This document shows positions 13,400-25,900 of a stretch of DNA of 64,000 bases, one piece after another. Source of the stretch: Takakia lepidozioides. Its lineage: Eukaryota; Plantae; Bryophyta. The position numbers and the translations under genes are program-made. Below the pieces are notes generated by a model. It saw nothing but the letters and a program-made list of their open reading frames with translations, had not been told where the DNA came from and did not search any database. The stretch covers positions 39,184,001 through 39,248,000 of the forward strand of contig CM060734.1 of the NCBI GenBank assembly GCA_030704615.1, written 5' to 3'. Within the stretch, counting starts at the first letter, position 1. Every line of letters starts with the position of its first letter.

Positions 13400-15258
13400 A
13401 GCTACACTTGCAACGTTGCCACCACCCAACTACCTACTGGATACTTGCCAGTCGAACCCCTGACGATTGATGCAGCCCTCAAGTCTCCGGAACGCTAGCA
13501 ATGGATCGAAGCAATGCAGGAAGAATATGATTCATTAATAGAAAATGGAGCCTGGCTCTTGCAAGATTTGCCAACAGGAAGAAAGGTTGTGCGTTCCAAA
13601 TGGGTCTATAAGGTCAAGCTTGCAGTTGATGGAAGCGTGGCCCGTTTTAAGGCTCGTCTCGTCGCAAAGGGGTTCACCCAAAAAGAAGGTTTGGACTACA
13701 TTGAACTTTCAGCCCAGTGGCCAAGTTTGATTCGATTCGCACCATTCTCTCTAAAGCTGCAGCGGAAGACATGGAGATCACTCAATTTGACGTACGAACA
13801 GCCTTTCTGTATGGCGAAATTGATGAGGAGATATATCTTGAGCAGTCTGCAGGTTTTATTGATGTCAACCATCCCACAAAGGTCTGCCGCCTCATTAAGG
13901 CCCTCTACGGGCTGCAACAATCTTCACGAGTTTGGAACCGCAAATTCCATAGCTTCATCACTGATCACAATCTCTTTCAATCGACTGCAGATCCTTGCGT
14001 CTATGTGAGCACGGATGATCCTCGCCTCATTGTTGCTATTTGGGTGGATGATGGGCTGGCCTGCAACAACCAAGCCCCTTGCATCACTTATGTCTTTGGT
14101 GCCATGAAAGGAGCTTTCAGCATCACCGCATGAAACCCTGAAATTTATGTCGGTCTTCATAGTACCAGGGACAGATTCCATCGCACCATTCAGCTGGACC
14201 AAGAGCGCTACATTCAACATATCCTGGCACGTTTTGGCTTCACCGATTGCACCCCTATCACCGTCCCTGCCGACCCCCATAGCTCTCTGGAATATGTCGT
14301 TGCCATGACAGAGCCAACTGAAACCAAATTTCCATATTGGGAGTGTGTTGGAAGTTTGCATTTTGCTGCTCAAGGAACCCGAGTGGACATCTCCTACTCC
14401 GTAAGTCATGCAGCCAAGTACTCTAAGTCTCCAAAGCTTTCCCACGTTGGTGGTGTCAAACGCATTCTAAAATATTTACGTGGATTTTTGGCTTTGTGGA
14501 TCACATACACTGCACAGTCTACGTTTCAAAATCAGCTTGTGGCATATGGTGATGCCGATTATGCTGGTGACATGGATGACCGCAAAAGCATATCTGGGTA
14601 TGTTTTAATGCTCAATGGAGGCCCGGTGGCATGGGTACCCGCAAACAATCTTGCACAGCTACCAACACCACTGAAGTCGAGTACATAACTGCTCATCTTG
14701 CCACCCATGAACTCATTTGGATGCGCTGCCTCTTGCATGATTTACGCTACACACAAACTAGCCCTACAGTTTTGTATAGCAACAATCAAGCCACAATTCG
14801 TTTGGTATGAAATCGAGAGTACCATAAACGCACCAAACACATTGACGTGAAGTATCACCTAAAGCCCTCCCTCGTGATAAGTTCTACCGTTTCAAGACTC
14901 TACTCGGTCTCACTTCCACCGTTGCTGCTGATAGTGTTGATAGTTCAACCTCATCCCAGTGGGAGTGTTGTAGAAATATACCTATAGCGCATATACGGCA
15001 TGAGGTTGGTAGTGTACCGACCTATAGTTGGGTAGCTTCTTGGCATAACAAAGATAACGATGAGCTTAGCTGAGCTCGTGTAGAGAGTTCTGATTACTGT
15101 GCTTAGGTGGTGCAGCGGGTGTGAGATAAAGTGAGTGATAGCAGTGTACACTTGGATTGTGAAGCTATGTGTATACTTTCACAATCAATGTTAATACAAT
15201 CTCTTTGCTATATCGTTGTGCATAATTCTTAGAGTCAATTCATTGCACTACTTCAACA
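13400..15258 (+). mobile_element. 5'-truncated Ty1/Copia LTR retrotransposon (RT-RNaseH with frameshifts, PPT, 3' LTR 14966-15258)
   Basis: [83 protein letters not shown]. Purine tract agtgggag is followed by TGTTG...CAACA (293 bp). Confidence 0.93.
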
Positions 15259-15471
15259 CAAGGTTAAGGCGGGAGAGCAGACCAACTATTTTGCCCCAGT
15301 TGACAGAGAAACCAGAGGCCGAGCAGAAAACCTTTATGCTATTTAGAGCAGCATGGATAGGTGACATGGCATCATTTCTGAGAAACAAGACTGAATCATC
15401 AGCATACATAAAAGTTTTAAGGTGGCCAGCTCGACCAAGATGAACACCATCCACCAAGGGGTTGCAATCAC

Positions 15472-16181
15472 AGAGGGGTCACTATATGTATTTTTTTCAT
15501 ATCACATGCGTGCAAAGGTATATGTATACTAGGCTATATTTTTAAAATTTTACATTTTTTTCCACCCTATCTTTAGGTAATATTGTAAAACCCTTTGTTT
15601 TCTAACATCATATTTTTTATAATTGTTTTTTGTAACAATTAATTAGACCATATTTTAAATTATCATTTTAAATAATTGCAAAATTTCAAAGCATGTACAC
15701 AAACAAGTACATCCATATAACATAAGTCAAATGCCAGACCGAAGAAAAAATTTAATTTTCATTAGCCACGAACTCATTCAAAGCCGCTGCATAACTTGGA
15801 TCTAAAGAATATAAGTTTTGAGATGGTTCAAATGCCCTAGTCACTCTTGAGATTATGGTATCAACATCAATCCACCGTGTATCACTGGAATCATATTTGA
15901 ACTTCAGGTGATCTCTACCTGATTTGATGGATTGGAGCTGGATGAAATATGATAAACTTAAAAAGGATGGATACATATACTGTGGATAAAACCCTTTATT
16001 ACATTAACTTTTTAAGTAAAACTTTGGATTTTTTGTGACCATTTGTTTTTAAAAACTGGGTGAAAGGATATCGCCTTACCGTATTTTCTAAATAAAGTTT
16101 TTCTAAAATTTACCTCAAAAAAATAAATTGCACCCTATATTTTTTCTCATGTGGTTTTGAAAATACCGGGAGTGACCCCCC
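15472..16181. mobile_element. AT-rich insertion with short terminal inverted repeats (putative non-autonomous DNA transposon) inside the L1 RT
   Basis: Begins ..ggggtcact and ends agtgacccc... The sequence ggttgcaatca occurs on both flanks (~15460 and ~16187). Boundaries are approximate. Confidence 0.55.
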
Positions 16182-16421
16182 CAAGGTTGCAATCAAGAAA
16201 ATAACCAAGATTGACAACAGCAATGACGAAAAGAAAAGGGGATAAATGACAACCCTGCCTGACAGATCTGAATAGGGGAACCGCATTAGAAAGAACACCA
16301 TTGGCAACCACTCTGCTAGAGGCAAAGGTTAACATAATCTTAGTCCAAGAAAGAAAGGGCCACTGAATTTTGTCAAACACCTTTTCAAATCCAGGAGGAG
16401 AGCAAGAGGATGGGTGGAGGT

Positions 16422-16704
16422 CAGTGTTTTTTTTTGGCGAAAAATCGCCAAATGACGACCTCAAAACATTAAAATGGAATATTCTGTCGTAAATTCCCAA
16501 ATTTTTCATGGATGAAATCGCCAAAATTCTACAAAGAAAAAATAATAATGGATGAATTCGCCAAATATGGATGATATAAATGGATGAAAGTACATATGAG
16601 GATGATTCTATCCAAAATTTCAATGGATGAACAGAATATATAGCTATTTCTTGTAAAACTTAATAGCCAGTCGTGCTATTTTTCAAATTAAAAAAAAAAA
16701 ACTG
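16422..16704. mobile_element. 283-bp non-autonomous hAT-type element (MITE)
   Basis: Ends CAGTGTTTTTT / AAAAAAAACTG, perfect 8-bp TSD gtggaggt (16414-16421, 16705-16712), internal atggatga and tcgcca repeats. Confidence 0.85.
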
Positions 16705-17440
16705 GTGGAGGTTTCGGCGATTTTAAGAATTTCATTGACCAGAACCAGATTGTCTAAAATCATTCGGCCCTTAATAAAGCCTGTTTGCTTAGGCCTAATG
16801 AGGGAAGGAAGCAAGCTTTGCAGCCGCAAGGCTAATGCCTTAGCAATGATTTTGTACAAAGAGTTTAAGAGCGTGATCGGTCGATAGTTGGAGAGGAGTT
16901 TTCCATCACCTATTTTATAAACAAGCGTAATAATCCCTTCAGAGATCTGTGAGGGCATGATTCCCTTATTCAAGGTATTATTGGCCATCAGGTAGAAGTC
17001 ATCACTAACGCATTCCCAAAGGGAGCTGAAAAATTCCACCGAAAGCCCATCAGGGCCAGGGGCTTTGTCCTTTCCAAGGAGCTCCATGGCTGCAGTGAGC
17101 TCTGGCTGAGACAGGGGGCATCAAGTGAGATAGCCTGCGGACTAGAGACTTTAGTGGGGACACAACCCATCACCAACTGACGATCTGTAAGCTCTTGAAC
17201 GGAGGGGGGGCAGTGGAGAAGAGAGAGGAGAAGTAACGAAAAGCTTCCTTGGCAATAAGCCTAGGGGACGAGAGCTCAGAGAATGGAAGGAATTGACTGG
17301 GAAGCCCTTCTTTGCTTAGCCTTGACAAGAAAATACTTGTTCATCTTTCGCCCTGGAGTGACCAATTAATCCAGCATGGATTAGTACGCATCGAGTCTAC
17401 CCCAGATTGCTTTATGATTTTTACTAATAATATGATTTCT

Positions 17441-17528
17441 TATAGGACCCACTCCTGAAAAGGGGAAGTAGCCCCAAGGCGAAGTGGCTCTTAGTTACCC
17501 AAGCTTCGGCCGGAGTCATCTCTCTCTC
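17441..17528 (+). mobile_element. 88-bp retroposed 3' end of the RLE-type non-LTR family, (TC)n tail, 10-bp TSD
   Basis: TSD tatgatttct at 17431-17440 and 17529-17538. Core agtagccccaaggcgaagtggctcttagttac is shared with 1365-1445, 2180-2240 and 2607-2700. Confidence 0.8.
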
Positions 17529-17958
17529 TATGATTTCTCATTTTTGAGGCAAAATGAACTTGAGAGTTGGACCCCAATACATAGGCATATGCCAACAGAG
17601 GTGCCACCTCTTGTATAGGCATTATCCCAGGGAGGCATGTCCTGAACTATAAGTATTTTCTGAGGAAGGTGCATAAGGATCATTCTTGGTGAAGAAGGGC
17701 AAGGTCTCCCTCAGGATTTTAGGGTTAGGGCAAACCAAGCACCCGAGCTCAATTCGAGGGAGATCACACAGCGGTGAGAAGATTCTTCCAATCTAATATC
17801 GTCATTGTAATTTGTCGCGGATCCTTTGGCAAGCGCACCCAGCGATTGGAGTGACAGACATTTCAGCCGATCTGTAGAGAGACTTTCAGGTGTGAGAGAG
17901 CTCCTTTCAGAAGGCAGGCGGATTTGCATGAGTGAGGGAGCAGTGGGAAATAGAAGTT

Positions 17959-20900
17959 ATGGACGACAACGCAGATGCTCACACGGCTCGCCGTGCCTCC
18001 ACAAGAGCCCGCAAGATTGCACCGAAGATGGGCGCGGCTATTCTGGATGCCAACACCCGTACTCAGGTCTCCTCCCACTCGTCTCGTCAATCTGTTCCAT
18101 CGACTGATTTGATAGCCTTTGGGGCTTTTGCCCATGTGCTTATCTAGGAATGGAAGCACACACAAGTTCCAATTTTGATCCTGAAACCAATAGCGGCCTT
18201 TGCCATTCTGAATTTTGAATCAGACATTATGGGTTGTCGCGTTGGTTGTAGGCATAGAAAGTTGAGAGAATGCTGAAGCAAGGGGTGGCAGGCAGCGCTA
18301 GCTCGGCTGGATGCCTTGGAGAAGGACAACACGGGCTTTAATGAGTCCATCGACATTGACGACGACGACGATGCCTCTCTTGATGACGACGATCAACGTG
18401 AGCACCATTGTCCGCCCCTTCTTCTTTAGAGAGAGATGCATAAGACTTTGTTTGTAGCCTTGTGGCCATAGACCCTGCGCCAAATTTGGGCGGAACAAAA
18501 GGGACCAGAAACTACCTTTGTGAGGGGCTCACCCTGGTAGCATGAGTTACCTTGGTACAAGCATTTAGTTCGGGCTTCGGGATATCCTCTAGGAAGCCCT
18601 TCACGCAAGCATCAATCTGCTGTGTGTGAGAAGCCCGAAGTTAGACTCCAAGAGGGCCAGGGCTTTAGGCTCAGCCTCAAGATTATGAAAGTTGGGGAAC
18701 AGAGGTTACGAGACAAACGTTCTTGATTGTCCTGAAGAGGATCACTCTCTGGTGAGAATATCCCGGACAATGTATCAGAAAATGGATATTGTCTTCAGGT
18801 GGCCTGCAAACAGTCCTATGAGTACGTCTTTTAACTTCAGTGTTAATCCCTCTGCAGTGGAATTGCATGCGCAGTGTAGTGAGACCCAAAGCTTTGTGTT
18901 TAGCTGATCGAATTGTATATGCGCATCCCAGTTACAGTTGGAGGAAAACTCAACACCAAGATAAGTGTAGGAAGGGAGTACATGAATCTCTTCGTCGCCC
19001 CATTCCCATTTGAGATACCCTCCTCCCTCCTCATGGTCGTTTAATGCCACCACTGCGCATTTCGAACATTAGCTTCTAGCCTCCACAGGTCGAAGAACCT
19101 CTTTGCACAATCAATCAGCTCATGGAGATTGGATGGGGTAATCTCACAGCCAAGAAAATCCAGTTATGTTGTTTGGTAGGCCTGCGAAATCATCTGCAAA
19201 CGTAAGAGCTGGTATGGTGGCATCACCCACCTTTAGCCCAAACCCCTCACTTTCCACATCTTCAAGAAGCTGATTAATGAAAACGTTGAAGAGCAGTGGG
19301 GAGAGGGTACACCCTTGTGCTACACCTTGGTCAATATCAAAGAAGTTAGACTTCTGTCCATTGAACACAACCTTTGGTGTCTGCATAAAGGTTATGGACC
19401 ATCCTCCACATCTTTCCCTTGATCCCAGAAGACCAAGTTGGAGCCGTAGCCCGTCACGCCGTACTATTTATAAGCGTTTTTGACATCCAGGAAGAAGACA
19501 AAAGTGGGCTTTCCTTCTTTTTTCCTTGCCTGGATGGTCTGACTTAGAGTGAAGGAGCAGCCCCTAAGTCTCTGAAAGCCAGCCTGGCCTTCATGGGAAC
19601 CACATCTAGACTCCAGATCCACATCGAGATGGGTGCTCATAATCCTACAAAATAGCTTGCTAACTGCGCTAGAAGCATGACACCGCGGTAGTTCCCAGGT
19701 TCTTCTCTGTCCCCTTTCTTATACAGGTTGTCAATGACTCCCTGTCTCCAGTGAAAGGGGATCACTTCAGTCTGCCAAATAAGGTTGAAGAAAAGGGCAA
19801 GGGCCTGTATCATAGAGTCACCACTGCACCCTTATGGTTCCTTAAAGCCTGAACTTGCTGGCCATGCTTCGGCTTGTACAAGCGCTGCAAGGCCAACCAG
19901 ACTCACCACCATGGTGGTTCAAGTTAATGTCTTGGTACAACTTTCCAGTAAACCCTCTTCTGAGCTCTTACAAGCTGGTTAACATCTTTGCGTAGTATCT
20001 AGACCACAGATGTTTGTCGTTTTTGTTATGTCTCTCAGCAATCTTGAGGTTGATCTCATTGGTCCACCAATGTACTGCTCTACCACAGACAATTAGTTTC
20101 ATCCCAATGATCTTCTCAGCCGCAGAGGTAACCAAACTCTCCCAAGAATCCACAGCTTGTTCGACTTTGCTTCTTGCATCACCTAAGCAAGAAGAGATGT
20201 CTTGAAGTGATTGGATCAAGTGTGGGAGGGCCTCATTTAAGGTCTGGACATAGTCTGTCTGAACTTCTTCCTTCTGGAATTTTTCTATGCACCACTTTCG
20301 AATGGAACGAGATCTCTTGGTGTTAAGAAAACACCTTTTGATCTCAGTCCATACAAGAAAGTGGTCAGAAGATCCTATATTGGTTCTACCTTTGGCACAC
20401 TGGGGGAACCACTCCTTCTCCATGATGGGATAATCAGCTCGTTCCCCAGTTTGGGCTTTTACAGGAGTACACGCAAGTGGTCTTTTATGGGCATATTGTT
20501 CAGGCCAGAAGCTGAAGTTCTACCATCAAATTGATAAGTCTTTTACCTTTTGAAGTCTGCTCATCCTCACCAAAAAGCCCTATGAGATCTTCTTGTTGTA
20601 GACCCTTGCCCACCCGAGCATTAAAGTCCCCTAACAAGACCACATGGCCTCTGGTGAGGAACTTAGCACAATCCAGCTGTGGTCTTCAAAGGCTTTATTG
20701 GTGTCACACTAAGGGTTCCCTCGGTAGTCATGCACAAAGAGGTCCTCAGTCCTCACACCCGTCTCAGCTGATAATATGTTCATACCGAAGTTCCTTGCTG
20801 ATGACTATCACAAATGAAATCACGGACAAAGCTTTCTGACCACTCTTAGCTGAGGCTGCCTTGAGAGCACACATCTTACCGAACCATTTATAAATGTGAA

Positions 20901-21986
20901 TGCCATTAGCTTGAAGAACTTGTCCCGCTTCAAATTGTTTCATTTGGTTAGTTAGCACACAGAAGTTAAAGGTGCCCAGCCGCAGACAAGCTTTATGCTT
21001 ACGAATTGTCTGTCGTCTAGGGAGAGAGAGTGAGAGGGAAGTATGCACACTAGCTGACGAAATGAAAGGAGCAAGCAGAGCGAAGTTAGCAGCTTTTGTA
21101 CGAGGGCTACACCATCTGTGGTCTTGCAATCTGACAACGGTAGGGCATGGCTGGGATGGGACACATGCAGGGATTAGCCAGAAGAAACAATTGAAGGGGT
21201 CCAAGCGGAAAACACGGCAAGCCAAAGCTCTTGAGCGGGTAGCCTCAACCAAGAAGGGCCCCCGAAACTTTCTAGACTTGCTTCAAGAGGTATGGCTCCA
21301 ACGTTTCCTCTCACAAGTAGTCCGCTGTACTCTTTTTGCCCTTGCAACAATACTCAGACCAGAAGAATCACAAGCACCTATTTCTGATTTGTGTTTCTTG
21401 CCTGTGGGTAGTATACCATATTCCTTCTCAAGATTACGTTGGAAGGACACGAGCATGTTCTGCAGGATTCGTCACCACAGTATGGCAATTTTGAGGGTCA
21501 ATTGAGATGTCTAGTGCGTCGGACTTCAAGTGCTCTAAACTAGCTAGAATTAAATAACCTTTTCTGATCCTGGAGCAGTTCCTTTCTTATGATGAATGAT
21601 TCTAATATACAATAACCTGATTTGTACCTGTACTTCAAAGTCTCGATAAGTTTGGGTGGTTAAAATCCTAATTCTCAGAAAGAATTCCATCTCTTCAGAT
21701 AGTGCAGATTCATTCAGTAAATTTGATGTAAGGCGAGTTTCCCGAAGGACTCAATAGGGGTGGAGTATCTGAACATGTGCAGGCCAATTTGGAGGCATGG
21801 CCATCTCATGTGCCCTCGTATCTGAAAGCAGCAGTTGGCCCACCCAGTGTGGGCGCACGACGTCACTTTTGTAGTGTGTGTGGCTACCTGGCCCCATACA
21901 GTTGTACACGGTGTGGAGCTCGATTCTGCTGTGTGCGTTGCCAAACCTTGCATACTGACACACGCTGTCAAAAGTTTCTTGCATAA
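17959..21986 (+). CDS. SWC6: SWR1 complex subunit 6 (SWC6/SEF, zf-HIT), 4 exons
   Basis: Exons 17959-18066, 18292-18397, 21171-21289, 21783-21986 join in frame: MDDNAD..RRASTRARKIAPKM..TRTQ|AALARLDALEKDN..DDDASLDDDDQ|..KGSKRKTRQAKALE..NFLDLLQE|ANLEAWPSHVPSYLKAAVGPPS..RRHFCSVCG..CTRCGARFCCVRCQTLHTDTRCQKFLA*. Confidence 0.95.
18428..21020 (-). mobile_element. Long degenerate APE-RT LINE (endonuclease, RT, C-terminal zinc finger, (CT)n tail) antisense in SWC6 intron 2
   Basis: LRLGTFN, GDFNARVG, SDHFLVW, QAGF, FLDV, QGCTLSPLLFNVFI, FADD, YTYLGVEF, HFLIHCPGY in order. Many frameshifts and deletions; no ORF1 seen. Confidence 0.92.
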
Positions 21987-23059
21987 GCTGAAATCGAACT
22001 TTCTTTCAGCCATATGCTACTTAGCAAGGTTGTATGATAAACCAGCAGGTATGCCACATTACAAGCACAACATAACTTTGTGCTTAGTACATGTCCCTGT
22101 ATTCTATAAATGTAACCTCTAGATCAAACTTGAACAGAAGTTCCTTATTCAAATGTGAGCTCAACTGGCTTTTGTGTGACTACAATGGAAGATATATTTG
22201 TTTGTGCTGCTGACTTGTTCCGCAATGCAGCTGGCTGTGTAATCGGCATGTGGAAATTTTGTTATTTGTTTATCAAGTGATGTCAACGATTGTGGTTCCC
22301 TTGTCAAGTGAGTTCAGATGGCTGGAATGAATTTGGTGTCTTTCGTTCAAAGAGAAAGTTTGCAAGCTGCTTGAAGCAGTTGTACTTCAAGTCAATGATG
22401 CTAAACCAGACATACTATGCTGCTCCTTTCCACAGGTCAAACCAGCAGTAGCCCACATATTGAGGATGACATGAGCATTTGGATTTCTGTTTTGGGAAGA
22501 GCTCTTCATTGAGGATGGGAAACCATTTGCCCGGGAGGGCTGGACTGAAGCTTGCATGATGTTGACTTATTTTGTTAATTTTGTCTCACACTGGTTAGAT
22601 TGATGAATTTGTTTCACCAAAGCAGCTTTTTTGGTTGTACTAATATTATTACAGGCTAGTACCGTGTTAGCTCAGCCTGAAAGTAGGGTGTTCAAGGTTT
22701 ACCGTGGTATTCAAAGTGCCTGGAGCTTTGGTAGTTGTAGCCTGGTCTATGTGTGGCAGTTGCTGGAGCGATGACGCTCAGCTCCTTGGTTGTTTTCCCC
22801 AGAAAATTCCAAGATCACTAGATTTTAGGCATAATTGCACAAGGGAGGCGCTTTGGATTGAGGGTTGGTTTGAATCACCCTTTGGGTGAAAGCAGAGCTA
22901 GCTGCCATCATACAATATCCAGCACTATCTGGCGAGTCTGGTCCAAGGACCGATTGAGGGCAAACATGGCCTGTGGGATGAATTAGAATTTCTCTCACAC
23001 TCAGCAGGACCAAGGGAGGTGTTCAAGAAAAGTTCTCCTGGCATCTGTGGGGATGTAAG

Positions 23060-24790
23060 GACACTATGTAAGGCAGGACAGCTGAAAGCGGCATTGCACA
23101 TTTTGAAGCAAGGATCTGTCCGACTCCTGCACTTGTATTTGTGTCCTGCAGGAGTGTATCAAGAGGAATAGCCTAGCAGCAGGGAAGCAGATGCACCCCC
23201 ATATTACTCAAAGTGGATGCAAGCCAAACATCTTTCTATGCCACTCCCTTTATTAACAAGTGCGGGAGTGTGGTGGCTGCACGGCAAATCTTTGACTCAG
23301 TGCCGGAACAAGATCTGTTCACATGGAGTACAATGATAGTTGGATATGCCAAGCATGGGTGTGGGAGGGACACTATTGCGATTTATGAGCAAATGCAATG
23401 GGAAGGGGTGATGCCTAATGGGGTCACGTTCACTTGTGTTGCTAATGCGCGTTCCAGCCTAGGAGCCCTGAAGAAGGGCAAAGAGGTCCATGCTGACATC
23501 ATCCAATCTGGAATTGTACTACAAATCATTCTGGAGACTGCTCTTGCTGATATTTATGCCAAATGTGGGAGCATGAAGGATGCATGCCAAGTATTTGACA
23601 AAATGGCTAACCGAAATGTCATCTCATGGAGTGTGATGATTACAGGATATGCCAAGCATGGGCGTGGTTGGGAGGCTCTTGAGATGTATACAGAAATGCA
23701 ACGGGAAGGGGTGATGCCTGACAAGTGGCCTTCATCAGTGTTCTAGATGCGTGTGGCAGCCTGGCAGTCCTGGAAAAGGCCAAAGAGGTCCATGCTGGCA
23801 TTAAAAAAGCAGGGATTGCAGCAGATGCCACTTTGGAGACTGCCCTTGTTGTCGTATATGCCGATGCGGGAGCATGAAAGATACACATCAAGTGTTCAAT
23901 GGTATGCCCAAGCGAGACGTGGTTTCATGGAGTGCAATGATTGCAGGATATGGTTAGCATGGGTATGGAAATGAGGTCCTCCAGCTATTTGAACAAATGC
24001 AAAGACAAGGGTTGAAGCCGGATGGTATCACCTTCATCTCTCTCTCTCTGCGTGTAGCCATGCGGGCTCATGGATGAAGGCTCTCATTACTTCGAGTCCA
24101 TGAGTCGAGATCTTGGGGTCACTCCTACTCTGCAACATTTTGCTGCATGGTGGACCACCTTGGTCGTGCAGGGCGATTGGATAAGGCAGAGGACTTGAGT
24201 AACAGCATGCCAATAAAACCAGTTGCTTCGGTGTGGGGGGCCTTGCTTGGTGCCTGCAGAGAAGTTATGAGAATGTGAAGCTGGCTGAACATACAGCAAA
24301 TGCCTCCTCAAGTGGGATCCATGGGATGCCGGAATGTATGTGCTGCTCTCAAACATCTATGCTGCAGTTAGCAGGTTGCAGCGATTCTGCAAAGGTGAGA
24401 CGGAGGACAGAGGTATCAAGAAGGTGCCAGGGAGCAGCTGCATTGAGGTGGATAATCAGGTGCATATATTTTTTGTAGAAGACAAAGTGCATCCAAAAAT
24501 TGAGGAAATCCATGCTAACTGAAGAGATTGTCTGGGCAGATGAAGGAGGCTGGATGTATGTCCCTGACACTCGCTTTGTATTGCATGATGTGGAGGAGCA
24601 GCCGAAGGAGTTTTCTCTTGGCCACCACTGAGAAGCTGGCCATTGCCTTTGAACTGATTAGCACACCCCTGGGATACCTATTCACCTCATCAAGAACCTT
24701 CGCGTTTGTGGGGACTGCCACGCCACCACCAAGTTCCATCTCGAAGATCGTTGGGTGAGGGATTGTTGTATGGGATGCCAACTGTTTTCG
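23060..24790 (+). pseudogene. PLS-class PPR-E-DYW RNA-editing factor pseudogene
   Basis: PPR repeats (FTWSTMIVGYAKHG, YAKCGSMKDACQVFDKMANRNVISWSVMI), E/E+ (YVLLSNIYA, KKVPGSSCIEV), DYW part (TEKLAIAF, KNLRVCGDCH..TKFISKI). At least 6 frameshifts or stops; the terminal CSC.DYW is absent. Confidence 0.92.
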
Positions 24791-25249
24791 GCGACCTGCC
24801 CCACACCCCCCCCATGGGAAGGGGCGGGGACAGGGAAATTGTGAAAGAAGCATTCCGCCAACCAGATAAAATCTAGAGAAGTAATTCTTCAACCAAATTC
24901 TATCAATTCTGAAGAAAGTTCCCGAAGTGTGATGACACTACCTATTCAAACTAATGAAATTTCTCTAGGGAAGTTGTAATTATCTATGTAGTCTCACACA
25001 CAGGTCATCACCTACTCAATCGTCATATTTTCCCCCAACATTGCCATACTGTGGTGATCACCCCTTGATGAACCAGTATATGGCTTTTCAAGGGTCTAAA
25101 AGTCCTTGAAGGAAGTACACTACCTGCAGGCAAGACAGCGCAACTCGAGAAATAACTTGTAATTTCTCTAGAACAGTAATAGTCTCAAAATGATTGTGAG
25201 GACATAACAAACAGAGGTGCACTTGCGAAAGAAATGTTGGAGCAACCCT

Positions 25250-25900
25250 CTTGACCGCTCCTCTTGCTCCTCTCGTTTCATCAGCTAGTGTTCATAACTC
25301 CCCCTTCTCTGGCAAAGCCCAACCCAAGCAAGAAGGTGGGGCGATGTGCTAACTTTGATCATCGACGTTGAAGAGAGGGATGATTGTCGTCGTCAAGGGT
25401 CAATGGACTCATTGAAGCCCGTGTATTCCTTCTCTTAGAGGCGCTAGAGCTGCCTGGTCACCATTCGCTTCAGCGATCTCTCTACGTTCCAAATCCTAAC
25501 CAATCAAGACAACCCAACAATTTCAGAATGCCAAAGAGCTGCTCTCCAACCTTATCATGACTAAACATTGAACTTTTACGTGTGCCTTCCAGGAGAAAAA
25601 CCCCCAACGTTCAGAATAAGCACATGGACAATACCACCAAAGGCTGTCCCATCACTTGATGAAAAAGGACAGAGGAGATGAGTGAGAGCAAACCTGAGCA
25701 TGGGTGTTGGCGTCCCCTGTAGCTGTGCCCACCTCAAACCTGTGGGCTCTTGAAGAGGTACAGCGAGCTGTATGGGCATCTGCATTGTCATCCATGACTG
25801 CTTCTTCCCACTTCTCCCACACTCCTGCAAATAAGTTTACCCTCTGAGAAGAGCTCTCTCTCAGTAGCACACCCTTGAAGTGTCTATAGATCCGCCTGCC
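25250..25900 (-). pseudogene. SWC6 5' fragment (upstream region, exon 1, degenerate exon 2, start of intron 2)
   Basis: ATG at 25795: MDDNADAHTARCTSSRAHR..DANTHAQ|gt. Exon 2 remnant at 25355-25455 has indels. Exons 3-4 are absent. Confidence 0.88.

Larger units (their letters stand above)
15259..17400 (-). mobile_element. L1-type LINE RT split into three pieces by nested insertions
   Basis: 17090-16705 KAPGPDG/NYRPITLLN/QTGFIKGR; 16390-16190 FEKVFDKIQW..RQGCHLSPFLF; 15460-15259 MYADDS..SGFSVNWGK. The pieces are colinear on the minus strand. Confidence 0.9.

Noticed and set aside
17441-17528. Hammerhead ribozyme or group II intron domain V
   Set aside because: Lacks the CUGANGA/GAAA core and the DV AGC-triad helix. 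Kept only as an unexplained structured 3' end.
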